Assembly (NCBI RefSeq): GCF_002571385.2
Contig: NW_019218225.1
Span: 52,384 to 116,383 of the forward strand
Direction: 5' to 3'
Source of the DNA: Stylophora pistillata
Taxonomy: Eukaryota
DNA length: 64,000 nt
The position numbers were made by a program, and so were the translations under genes. Below are positions 48,862-61,900 of the stretch, piece after piece (positions within the stretch are counted from its first letter, which is position 1; each line of letters begins with the position of its first letter). The notes beneath the pieces are model-generated. The model was not told where the DNA came from. It ran no database searches and saw only the letters and a program-made list of their open reading frames with translations.

Positions 48862-49698
48862 ATGTGCATGGGTGGGGGAAAATTTTAGTTTTGAGCGGTT
48901 TGAAACGTGGAGGGCGGGGCCCGTTCTCCACGTTTCAAACCGCTCCGTCGCCTGTGCACGAGGGAAGCCCCTACAGCATTCAGACCCATGACTGATCAGA
49001 CATCGCTTGGTTCGGTGCATCAAAAGAGCCAACACGATGAGCGAATAAACCCAAAGACCCAATCTGCTGTTCGCAGTTGGCATATCACACTGTAAAGGAC
49101 AAAGGTTCACGCTGCTGAGATCTTCGTCAAGCAGAAACTAGTGATTATTGGGGAGTCCTGTAGACCTTTTACAGATAGTGATAAGATTTTTTACACAAAC
49201 TAAATATTGACGATTTTATTTAGTGTACAAAAAAAGATAAAAAATTAGCATAATTTATTTTGTCTGGTCCACACATTTTTTCCATCCTTAAGTTAGGTGA
49301 TGTGACAAAATTTGATAGAGGGACTCAAACTAAGTTAAAGCATTTGAAGGAACGCTCACACATCTCCAACTCATTTCCTCCATAGTAATGACGCGAAATG
49401 ACAACAAACTCATTGTTTTTCCGAGTTAAAATTCCTACCCAGGTAAGCTATTTAGGAATTCATTTGGATATATCAACAAAGTTGAAATGGTAAATTAGCC
49501 ACCGTAATGATTACAAAAGCTGACGTTTCGAGCGTTAGCCCTTCGTCGGAGGCCAACGAGGGGCTTGGACTCTAGTCACGCAAGTGCTTCTTTTCCCATC
49601 GATCAGTTGTCACGATTCTGTCACGGGATTGCCATTCGCTTCTTTCCGTTGTGCTGTAAACATATGTTTGCAGGGTTGTTTCTCAGTAATTGGTGATA

Positions 49699-52600
49699 AT
49701 GGCGACTCAGCTGAAGGTTTGTGATTTTAAACGTTAAATAAGTGCTAGGCTGTATTCTGATTTATCACGAATAGTGGCACATTGGTTCCTAACGGAAGCC
49801 GTTTCGTTACCAAACAAAGCACCCCTGATTTTCCTTGATAATGCATGGTCGTCGAAGAAGGTGCAGTGATTCATTTAAAATTTTTTTCCTGTTGTACATT
49901 AGGATAACATTGTTCAGGATGAATTACAAAATGATTTAAAAGAAGCTATATTTTCTTTTCATACTATCAGCCATCCCTGGGATATCATCAGGGGGGATAT
50001 CATCAGGGGGGTCGAGAGGTTGGGGTGGTGGGGAGGGAGGAAGGTTAGAATATGAAAATTCCCCGCCGGAAAAACTTAATGATGTATACCATCCCACTAG
50101 ATGAAAAGGGTTTGACTTCCATTTAATAAAATTCTTAGCTCTGTTGGCTACAACAGCTAGGATAGCTGTACATTGTTGGAGGAATACTGGCTGAAGTGAT
50201 TACGGAACAATCTATAAATCTGTGGGTGGGTGACAGCTTCTGAGACTAACCAACCTGTTATGTTAGATATGGGTAAAGTGTGGTCCACATTTAGATCAAA
50301 TCTGCTTTTTCTAGACAGAATACATACGCTATTACACATTAGACTTACTATGGAAACTCTGATTGGTCCAGAGTGTACAGTGGATAAACAATAGCATGTG
50401 ACACAATGACCCAATATCTGAAGCCAATATTAGGTTATCATTTTTGGTTCAAAGTCAGCCTAGTTTCCAAAGTCCTTGTCCATGAAGTGTCCCAAACTTT
50501 TGTGAACTGACAGAGAGGTTTCTTCTTTTCCAGATTGTTTAAAATATGTATAATAAAACAATTTTTGAAATATCAAACCTCATGTCCACATTATCTGCCT
50601 TGGGCTTTGGCAAATAACTCAGACCTTAGTATTGATAATTCATGGTATCCTGCGCAACCTCATCCAATATTTGCATATCACAGGTATAGTCATGGGTCAA
50701 TCCTTGTTTTTCGGTCAATGGTAAATGAGTAGTTGGTCATTAATTTTGATGGTCCAAAGAGAGGCAGTATTAGACTGACACATGAGCAATACTCCACCAT
50801 TGTCAGTTGAATGTCAATCAGCTGACCATCGTCACCTATCTATGGACCATCAACCAACCATCAACTTTTAATCAGTGGACTATTTGCTGACTGTACACTG
50901 GCTATGAAGCTCTATAGTGTTCTGGGGGAGTCTTGTGAGACCCTTATTGGAATATTCATGTGAAACTTGGAACCCTTATACCAAATGTAACATTGACAAA
51001 TTAGAGGCTGTTCAGTGAACAGCTACCAGATGGATCACTAGGTCTGATGATGATTATGGTACTAGACTATCTAAATTGAAATTGTTGCGATTATCTGATA
51101 GGAGGTTCATTAGGGATGTTACGTTTTTGTTCGATGTAATTAATGGCCATTATGACATAGATATTTCCAATAAGCTCATATTTTGTAAGGACAGAATCAT
51201 GGCTTATAATTTGAGCAAAAATGATACACACACGACCTTGTCCCAAATTTTAGCAGAACTAACGACCGGTCTCAAATATAGTTTTTTTTTAACCGTATCT
51301 TTGGTGAATGGAATAGCTTACCTAATCACATTAGAGAATCAGATAGTATTGAAACTTTTAGAAAGAATGTTTTAAGTTTTATTAAGGATAAGGATAATTA
51401 GGGCATCTATTTTTATATTATAGTTTTGCTATATTAAATTTTTTTAATTAGATCAAGGGGGCAGTATCCCTTGTATGGTGCGTCAGCGCTTTTGGTTGTC
51501 TTCTCCACAATTTTCCCTTTTATGGCTTTTATTAACCTTAATTGTAATTAATACTAATTGTTTGTGTATTCTTGTGGAGCGAATTTGTAATAAATAAATA
51601 AATAAAAAAGAAAGGAATGGAAATACCATTGAAAATAATTTCCTATTTAGTTCATCATTTGATACCAATTGTACCTTTATTGATGGACTCAAGTATGTTT
51701 TATTAGACTAAGTATTGAGTCTGCCATGCATTAAAGTAAGTTTTGAAAACATTTGAAGTAAAATTTATGTAAACCAGGGGATATTGTTTTTACTATTCTA
51801 CCAGGTCAATAGTAAAGTTCTCACTGGAGACGTAACTGATCAAGCAAGCTGGATTAAAAAGGTACATGTAAGGTACAAATAAATCATTGTGTTATAATAT
51901 ATCTAAAGCTATTTACCAAAGTGGTGGGTAGTCATGGATATTTACTTGTAAATATTCAGTATACATCTACCACTAGATCTAGACCCAGACACTGAAGTAA
52001 ATGGTTGTTTTAGTATATACTTAAACATTTAGATAATGTAGCACAAAAAGATGATTTTAACTCTTTTATACCTACAACAACTACAATATTTTCCAGCACA
52101 AATCTCATGCAAGTTGCTTCGAGCTGAATAGCATAGGGTAGAAGTCATTCAGAGTGTGTCTTCATTGCCATCCACTGTATTAGTTTATACCTGTATTATG
52201 AAATGAATGTTAATGGTACTTTATTGTTATTAGAAGTGTCTGAGAAGTAGTAATAAGTAAGTAAGTAAGTAAACTTTATTTGATAAGTAGGTTGAGATTG
52301 TTTGGCAGCCGAAGGGCTGATGTGGACCTACTATGCACAATCAAAATTTGACAAACAAAAGATATTAACAAAAGAATAAAAGCTATGTACAGGGAGAAAT
52401 CAATATATATACAAAAAAACTGAGATTTATATATGCAAAAAAACTGAGATTTATAAGAGCCTAATTGAAATAATGATATAATAATAGAAATTAAAATGCT
52501 TAAAAGTATTCTTTCTTACTTACTCACTTACTTACTTACTTACTTACTTTACTTACTTACTGGTTTTAACTAAATTTTTTCACCCAAATTATTTCGTTTC

Positions 52601-55600
52601 CTTTTTTTCCTTTTGTTTGTCCTCAGATTGGGGCAAGGGCACACATGAGGGCCATTGGATTCAAGGCAGGTTGAAATTTTTAAAGGCTTCAAACTTAAGT
52701 GCCATATGATTAGTTTTTTCCTGGTTCAAGAACCAAAATTCTATCGAAGATTATACTTTTAAAATTAAGACAAAAAAAAAAACAATAAAACTAGAATTTT
52801 GTGGTTCAGGTGTTGGCTGCCCTTGATCATGAACATTTGTGTGATGATTGACTTCATAAACACAGTTAAACTTCTTGGAGTGAATTTTTTTCTAATTCTT
52901 ACCCTTTTGAAATATTTCAATTTTCAGTTTACCTCTATTGGAGCTATAAATTTGTCACTCATACTCCAGAGATGGGAGTATGAATCCTAAATATATATTG
53001 TGAGTTGTATATTTTTGGTCAAAATGTCATCCAAAATGTTTTTGTAAGGGAGACAAGACAGAATAATAATTCCTTTAGGTACTACCTTAAGACTATATTA
53101 ATTCAATGTACCTGGATACTGATAAAAGTTAAATCTCTTGATATGTGTGGACAATCTGAAGGGGTTCTAGAGAAGGGTGCTCTGCTTACTTACGTGTTTT
53201 CCAAGGGGGAGAGGGAAGGGACATATGCTTTATAATAGATAAAAAAGTTTTGGGAAAGTATCATTCATGTATTTATTGTTATGGTTGACCATAATCTACT
53301 CATGACTGCTTAATCACTTAGGATGAAGATTTTGTAAAACCCCTAATAACAGTGGCTTGTCCTTACATCAATGTAATACCATGCAACTTTCACTTCAGGT
53401 TAGTGAATAATACACAGGCTGTCCTAAATTATAGCTGCAAGAACTCCATGGCTCACTCAGACTTGATATAATAACAAGATGGGAAATAAGATGCTTAAGT
53501 TGTAAACCAATAAGAGTAAATCAATATGTAATGAACAGTAAATATATTCAAATATTCTTCTAAGACTAATGATATTTAATTGAAATGTGATCTTTAAAGG
53601 GAGCTTGCAGATCATGTGATAGAAGCTGTGGAAGAAGAAGGAGGTAAACCAAATTTGTCTTGCAAATGTGTCATTTAGGATTTTTTTAACCCTTTAACTC
53701 CCATGATTGATCAAGACATAATTTCTCCTAACAATATCAATACAATTTAGACTGGCAAGTGATGAGAATATACTTAGAAAAAATATCATTTAGGGGATTA
53801 CTAACTGATGCAATACCAAATTCTCCAACTAACATGGGAAGAGTTGTATGGTAGGCAGTAAGGAGAATTACTAATAAGATCTTAGAAATGAAAGGGTTGA
53901 TTTGTGACTGTTTGGAAGAGGAAACAGAGATGACACTCAAATTATTTAACAGAGCAAATAATGGACTTGGGTCTAAGCTGGTGTTTGAGGGTGAAATGAA
54001 AACATTTACACCTGACAATTGGTTGCACACCAAGAAATAAAAACAGATGCTGCCTGTATGCATACAATTATCAGTGACACTCAACAATTGCTTTGTAAGT
54101 TGTAATCATTTTTGAGTCAGAATAGACATGCTCAGATTGTTCTCCTGAAATAAAAAATTTCTTAAGATCATCTTCCCTATGCCTTGAATTAAGAAGTTCC
54201 CCTTCTAGGAAAAATCTATTCAACTGTCATTGTCTATTACCTCATTTCAAAATGTGTATGTGACCAACATTTCTTTAAGCAATATGATCTGTGCTCATGA
54301 TCATTATGATATCAATTAATGACTTAATAAAATTCCTGCAAATCCATATTATATTGGTAGCCATAGGACTATAGTCTTTGATTTTAGTCCTTATAAACCC
54401 TTTAACTCTCAGAAGTGAAAAACATGTAACTTCTCACTATGATATCCACACATTATCCAGCAAACAGTTAATGAAAATACTCAGACTTATTAGGTAGAAG
54501 TTGTTATCCTGATCTAACACCAAATTCTTGTCATTCCTTTACAAGGAAATGTGTAAGAGCCAGAGAAAAGAGTTAACAATTAGATTTAGGGAGTAATAGG
54601 GTTAAAGTAGGGTTATATTCATAATCAATGAAAACCATTTCAAAACAGTTAAATAGTCATTCGTATTCTCTTTATTGTACCTTAATGGCCTTTGTTTTTA
54701 TAATTTTGACCAGGAAAAGCTGTCTTATGCTGAACACCTGTCATAAGTGATGCTATGACTATGGTAAAAAATCTGCTGTGAATGGCTGATTATAGATGTA
54801 TAACTGCCAAAAAAGGCGGTTTCAATGCGCACTTTAACTTTTATTTATTTAGTACATTATACAGTCGATTGCGGTTGCTTAAAAGAAAATAATTACTAGT
54901 TATTGCAAAATACAAGTATAAGGAATAGAAATGTAAACAACTGAGGAAAAGCAATCAGACAAAGAAAAGCACTTACAAGCGTTGTTTTATTTTGTGGACA
55001 TGAAGGATGGAGAACTAAGAGTTGATCACTGTAAAATAATTGACATTGACCTTAAGGACTCTGACACTCTAGTGCTGAATTTTACCAAAAAGCTTATACA
55101 AAATGAAATTAAACAAAGCAAAATTATACAAAAAAATCTAACAGAATTAATACATCAACATGAGTGAAAGAATGCAAAAAACAATAAGAAAAATGCATGT
55201 GCTAAACACAAAAATGCATCTAGGAACATAAATGGGAATGCCGCACTAACAAGATGATTAAATGTGTTGGAGTAATAAGCCTTTTAAATGATTGGCCTTA
55301 ATTAATCTTTTAAAAGTAGGTTGTCTACAGTGATCAGTAGAAGATGAGACTGTCATGTGGAGACAAAATCTGTTGGTGCCAGAGTTGTCTTGGAACAAAT
55401 ATTTTAGATTGGAGCTTGGTGTCAGAGTTTCAGAGATTAGGCTTGATAGTCTATGAGTTGAGAGATCTTCTGGGTTTGAGCCCTGACATGCTCGTTTTGT
55501 TGTGTTTTTGGACAAAACCAGCTAGGAATGTCAATAGATGCCAGCAGACTGACAGGCAAATGTGACAAAAATCTGAAGGGTACACTCCCACAAGATTTCA

Positions 55601-58600
55601 TCCATTAGGCAATACTCCCGATAACCTTTTGCTACAGAAACTAAGAGAAGCTCTAGTGTGTGGGTAGCTTGCTCAAGAGCATTCCTTTTTTACATATATG
55701 AGCACCTCAGGGTGGGGTGAGAGAAGGTCCATATACAGCTGGTGTATTTGCAAGGACCTTGTGATCAGAAAACATTGGTAATAGTTAATACTTATAGACA
55801 CCTAACTGTGAGTCAAATGAATTCATTTCCCAGGGAACAAGTGGTATGAAGTATTCTTTAATATCAAGGGACTGGATTACTGATTGTATTGAAATAACCC
55901 ATGCTGGATACACTGGGGTAAGAATTAAAGGAAGCTGTAAGTCTACAGATGAAACTGATAAACAAAATAGTCAGTTTCACAATGCACTTGTTGTCATACA
56001 TGAGTATATGTTATATGCCTTTCTTGAGATTATTAATTACACCAACTTTCAAGGCATGCATAGGACTAAAAATGGCCTGGTGGCCCTCTCTGCAATCTCA
56101 TTGTGATCACCACAACTTATTAAAAGAAGACGAGTGTTTCATCTGAAAATCAACATATTTAAATGGTTGCTGCATTGATTTTTATTTAATTTCATCTGCT
56201 TACCCTTTCTAGGATGGCATGATCTGTCTTGCTGGCTGCGACAAGACGATTCCTGGGGTAACCATGGCTTTACCCAGGCTTGATGCAGTAAGTAGGAATG
56301 GTTATGTTAAATTGACTTATGGGTGAAAGGCCTTAGACAGCTACATTTATTTCAGAAATCAGGAAAATGCACTTAAAAACATTTCATTTCCTTTGTCAAC
56401 CTGCAAGTATAACCAGTTTAGACTTAAACGTGATGCTTTATCAAAAATATCTCTGATTGAGACTGGTTAAGGCTAATTAAGTCACTGTAAGATTTTTTAA
56501 AAGCTGTGAAAATGGCTTGAATTATTTTTTCAACCAACAGTGTGGTATTGTTATTTATGGAGGAACAATGCTTCCTGGATGTGGAAAGAAATATACAAAT
56601 CTAAGTGCTGGGAGTCCTTTTGAGGTAAAATATAATTGCATGCATATGAGATGCACGTGGCAGACCTAGTAAGATATTGAAATTAGCCACATGTTTGTTA
56701 GCCACGTTCTCCTACTTCTCACTGTAGCTTAAAGCTCTTTTGACTGAGGTTACTACTTGGATGGGTGACCACACATAATTTCCCGTGTTGTTGCATTTCT
56801 AGTGTACTGATTGGTGCACTCAACTCCAGCTATCAGCTCCTATTTCAAGTCACCTTTTATGGAAATGCAATGCACCAACTATTGCAGAGCTCAGCATCTA
56901 ATATGCAATGCGCACTCATGGAATAATTCGTAAAATAAATATTCAGTGCTGTAGCGAGTTAAATTAATTTTGTTTTTGAATGATTAGAGTATTAATCTAA
57001 ATCTGTGCTTTTGTTTTTTTCTTTTCAGGCACTTGGCTCCTATAGCACAGGCTTGATGGACATTGAAGATTTGAAGGATATGGAGTGTCACGCAATACCT
57101 GGTGCTGGAACCTGTGGTACTGCATTATGTTTGTGATGGCAAATTTAATAATATTTCCATTGACTCCTTTTCCTTCTTGACGACGGGCAAGTCTTGGAGA
57201 CCGCTGTTAGAGCTTTTTGTTCCTGTTCTATCAAAGTGAAGCTATGAAACTTTCGTTTTAGGCCGTCTCTTCGTTTGCAGAGTAGAATAATCTTTCAAAA
57301 GTAACCGCTTCAATTTTGACAACTAGCTTCTACATTGACCTTTTTCTGAGATCATTTTTTAAGTTTCTTTTTCCTGTTTGACTTTGGTATTACCTCTTCA
57401 GTGCTATTGAGCTGTAATTTTCGACTTTGCTTTCGATTTTTTCACAACCTAAATTCGTCAGAAGCTTCCGTGTTTTGGAATTTTATTTTTTAGGCGGTAT
57501 GTTCACAGCCAACACCATGTCATCTATAGTAGAAACTCTTGGCCTGTCATTACCAGGTTTGTGATGATTCAGATTGGTAACTGAACTGAGTGGAGTTCAA
57601 TTTGGTCTAAATTCATACGCGTGATTTCAAAATCAAACGAGCGCCCAGTGCAATTTTGATTTGAAATCACAACTATGATTTTAGACCAAAATTACAGGAC
57701 ACGAAGTTCAATTACTACTTCGTTACATTTATTTTGAAATCTCAAATTCAGTCGCTCGATACAAGTTTTCTTAGTCTGTACAAATACTTTACTGATCCTG
57801 TATGTTGAGCTGATTCGTAAAAAGTTGCAAAAGTTACCTCCCATTTTCCAGCAATCTGATTGATTTCTTTAACAAGCTTGAAAATTGATTGGTTTTTGTG
57901 TCTGAGTGAAGCTCTCTCGTTGGCTGGGAAAAAGATGCGGTTTAGAGACTTAAAATGGTGCGATTTGGGAATAAATCACGCCTGTGTGAGCCAACTAGAT
58001 TGCTAAGATTACAAATGATTTTAAAATGGATGTAAGAAAGTTATCATTCAAATAACAAAACAACTTGACTTGCTGAGCGAAATTACATTCCTAAACGAGT
58101 TGATTTGATCTCAGAAATTCTCATCCAGGGTAGGAGCCTTTCTTGTCACTGAACAATGTTGCACTCCAGCTGTGATTTTAGACAGAGAGAACTCAATTTG
58201 TGTTTAACTTGAAAGGAGTTAGCAAACATCAATAAAACCGCGAAGAAGAAAAAGTAATCTTCCAAGATCAGGAGTTTTGCCACTGACTCACTTTAGACAT
58301 ATCTTAAGAAGAGTGTTTTTCACTCCATGTTTACTTCGGTTTGTAATTTAAACTTTACCAGTGATATAGTACAGACTAGGTATTTATTTGCATATTTCTT
58401 CCCGTCATTTTGCAGGTAGTGCTTCTGGTGTTGCCGTAGATGGTGAAAACAAGGTTAGTTTCTCAAACTGTAAGTGCGACAGAAAATGTGCGTGGCTTCG
58501 GTTGTAAACGTTTATAATAAACTGAATTAGTCTATTCATCTCTTTATACTGAAATAGATGCATCACTAATTCTGATCTTGTTTTTCTCTGCCGGTTAGAG

Positions 58601-58881
58601 CAGCTTTACGTCATTTGACCGTGATTTCCAACAGACAAATATATGATTTTGGTTTTATCAACTTAGTTGATTATGTAAATTGGCCACCGTAGAGAGTTTA
58701 ATAGCTGACGTTTCGAGCGTCAGCTCTTCGCTCTGACGAAGAGCGAACGTTCTGACGTTTCTAGCGTCAGCCCTTCTCTCCGCCAACGAAAAGCTAACGC
58801 TCGAAACGTCAGCTTTGAAACTCTTTACGCTGGCCAATTTACATTGTCAACCAAGTTGATAAATCCAAAATTACCTTGTTA

Positions 58882-58924
<43 letters not shown>

Positions 58925-61900
58925 TCCTATAGACTAATAGATAGACAGACCCAGAGGCGCAGAACTTACTCTCTTACTGTCTTCTGTTTTCTCAGGTTAT
59001 AGCAGCAAAGAAGAGGGAAGTTAAAGAGGCGGTGAAAGCGTTGTTTTCGATGATGAAATCAGGAAAAACTGCAAAAAATATTTTGAGTAGGAAGGTGATC
59101 TTTGTCATTGTGCTTTGTCCATCTCCCGACCCTTTGATAACGACGAAGTAGTGCTTTGTTTTATCAGAGTGACCATGTCTTTCCGATTTAATTTTGAGCA
59201 CTAAATCTCTTTATGGCACTAAGATCTATTCTGGCATGAAGCTATGTTAGGTCTTACAAATACTGGGTAGTACTTCTACTTCACTTTTAAGGAGTTTTAA
59301 ATTCTTGGTTTGCTAAAAGGGTAATTCGCCTGATACAGCTGCCTCTTGAGATATATGAAATAAGCTAAGGCACTTTCGGATAACAATGGCCAGTTACCCA
59401 GGCAAAAATTGTTGTGCTTATCTTTCGGATTTTGTAACTTGAATCAGTTAAAATCAGAGGAAAACATTACCAATACACCTAAAATAGGTTTAGGGACTGG
59501 TACAAAATCGTGATCATTTATTTGACATCATCGTGAAATCGCTGACAGTTAATACGCTTAATACCCTCGCGCCTTAATCAATGATTAAACCACAGCAAAA
59601 ATGTTTTGAAAACGTACTTCATTGTGAGATAGGCCGTGATGTTTTTCCAAAGCGTATGGTCTCGTTTAATCTGTTTCGTTTTGATTCTCATTTGTTTCAG
59701 GCTTTCGAAAATGCTGTAACAGTCATGTACGCATTAGGTGGATCAACTAATGCAGTTCTTCATTTGCTAGCTCTCGCCCATGAGTAAGTTTTCTTTCCTT
59801 TATTACAAAGGTGTTTTTTAATGGCTTGGAGGAATGGGACATATCATTCATTACACCTTGATGCCAATGTCGCCTCATGGACAATGCTAGCGCCATGTCC
59901 ACAGGAGATGCCTTAAATTTTTCTTTTGAGTTCAAAGTCTTCCTATTTAAACTACTTTTCACATGGGAAATTCGGCTTGCAGCAACAAATCAAGTCTTTT
60001 GTGTCGCAAAACTTGCTTGTTTAGTGGGACTATGTGCAAAAGACTGATACGTTAAGCGGGCTCCAAAAAATAAGATTTCACAGAGTAGTAATAGCTGAGT
60101 TCTAGTTCTTTCAACGACTTCGTAGGACTGCAGCTTCTTACTCATTCAAAGTGGGATTTGATGACATCTTCTATGATCGGAGGACAAGTGAAGTAAAGGG
60201 TGTTTGTCACTGATTTGTATCAAAAGTGAAATGGTAAGGCGAAAAGTGGTGACGGTGGTGCCTCAAGAGTTGGAAAACTGAACTTATTCTTAATTTAGGC
60301 GTGTTTAAGATTGATTTCAAGGAGACACATTGCTTCAGCAGTGCTGAGTTTTGTCGACAAGGCTAACCCACAGATGTACTTTTCCGTGAATTAAACCTCT
60401 CTAACTCGCAAGTTGCAAACATTTGCTGAAGACTGTTTAAGTTTGTTTTTCTCTCTAACATTCAGATCTGAAGTAGAATTTTGCATTGAAGATTTCAATA
60501 CGATTGGAGGAAAGGTTCCACTGATAGCAAATGTTAAACCACATGGCAAGGTAGGTATAGTCCACCTCCACCTTTCGGCTAAAATGTTTGGTACCTACAG
60601 CCGAAAAACCAAAAAGTACACATTAGCCAAAAAAAACATTGGATTTTTGTTTGAGATTTAATTGATTTGTATTTTTTCGTTGTCATTGTTTTAACTAGTA
60701 TCAAATGGCTGATTTGGACAAGATTGGAGGTCTACCGGTAAGTAAAGATTTGGAATTTTGTTAAGCAGTGTTTCTTCACCAAATACAGTAAATTATTGTG
60801 TTTAGAAAAAACCAGGAAAGATTTATTACTCGACGTTTCGGGGTCATCATCGGGGTCGAGTAATAAATCTTTCCTGGTTTTTTCTATGCCTTTGCTTTAG
60901 CAAATCCCTGCTGATCAAATTATTGTGTTTCGTGAAGAAATTCAGTTGATTGAGCTACAGAATACCGAATCAAGTTTCGCGCCCTACCTGTCCTTTGAAT
61001 ACCAAAGAGAACGAAGCCTTTATCTGGTTATCTTGACCAAACAAGCTTCGTCAATTAAAGAATTATCATATAGCCATCGGTAGAACACGGGCTACACCAA
61101 AATTAGCGATAACTCAGCTGTCGTCAATTGCTTGACCTGTGTGCCATCGTGTGCCATCGCTCATAGTTCAGTAGTCAATGACAGGCTAACACTCAGATAT
61201 TTCATACGTTGTTGGGATGAATACAACGTTTTTTCATTAAAGAGCTCAGCTATGCCTGTAGCTTCCTATCTTTATGTGCCTACCTGTGTTCAGTACAAAC
61301 GAAATCTCTCTACTGAAAATTAAACTTAAAAAGAGAAAACTGGAGAGAGAAGAAAACAACCGAAAAGCTCCTCTCGCAGACATGGTACTGGGCACAATCT
61401 TCGATAAGATACCCTAAATTTATCCATGATCTATGAATGACAATAAATTATTATGATAATTATGTTATTTTCCTTTCCATTTTCCTGTTATCATTTTAGG
61501 GCATGCGTAGTACTGTGTGTGTGTACCAAGGTTATGATAGGGACGGAGGAAGGAAAACTATAAAAAATTAGTTCTGTAGTTTAGATTTCAGTGGAATTAA
61601 TTTAAAAAAATGCAAAACAAATTGTTGCCGAAGATTAAACCTTACACTGCTAGTTTACGGTGCATTCCCTTATGAAACTATTTTAAAAAATTGAAGCGTA
61701 TTTGCCATGACAGATCTGTTACTTAAGGGAAAAACCCGGCGATCGTCACAGTAAGAGATAATCCAAACCATCTTTGCTGCAGATAGTATTGAAGGAATTA
61801 CTGAATAATGGTTTTCTGCATGGAGATCAAATCACAGTTAGTGGGAAAACAATGGCTGAGAATCTTGCTGATGTACCACAACTTTCTGAAATAGGACAAC

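Noticed and set aside
48627-49110. Overlapping ORFs on both strands
   Set aside because: These are artefacts of GC-rich palindromic MITEs.
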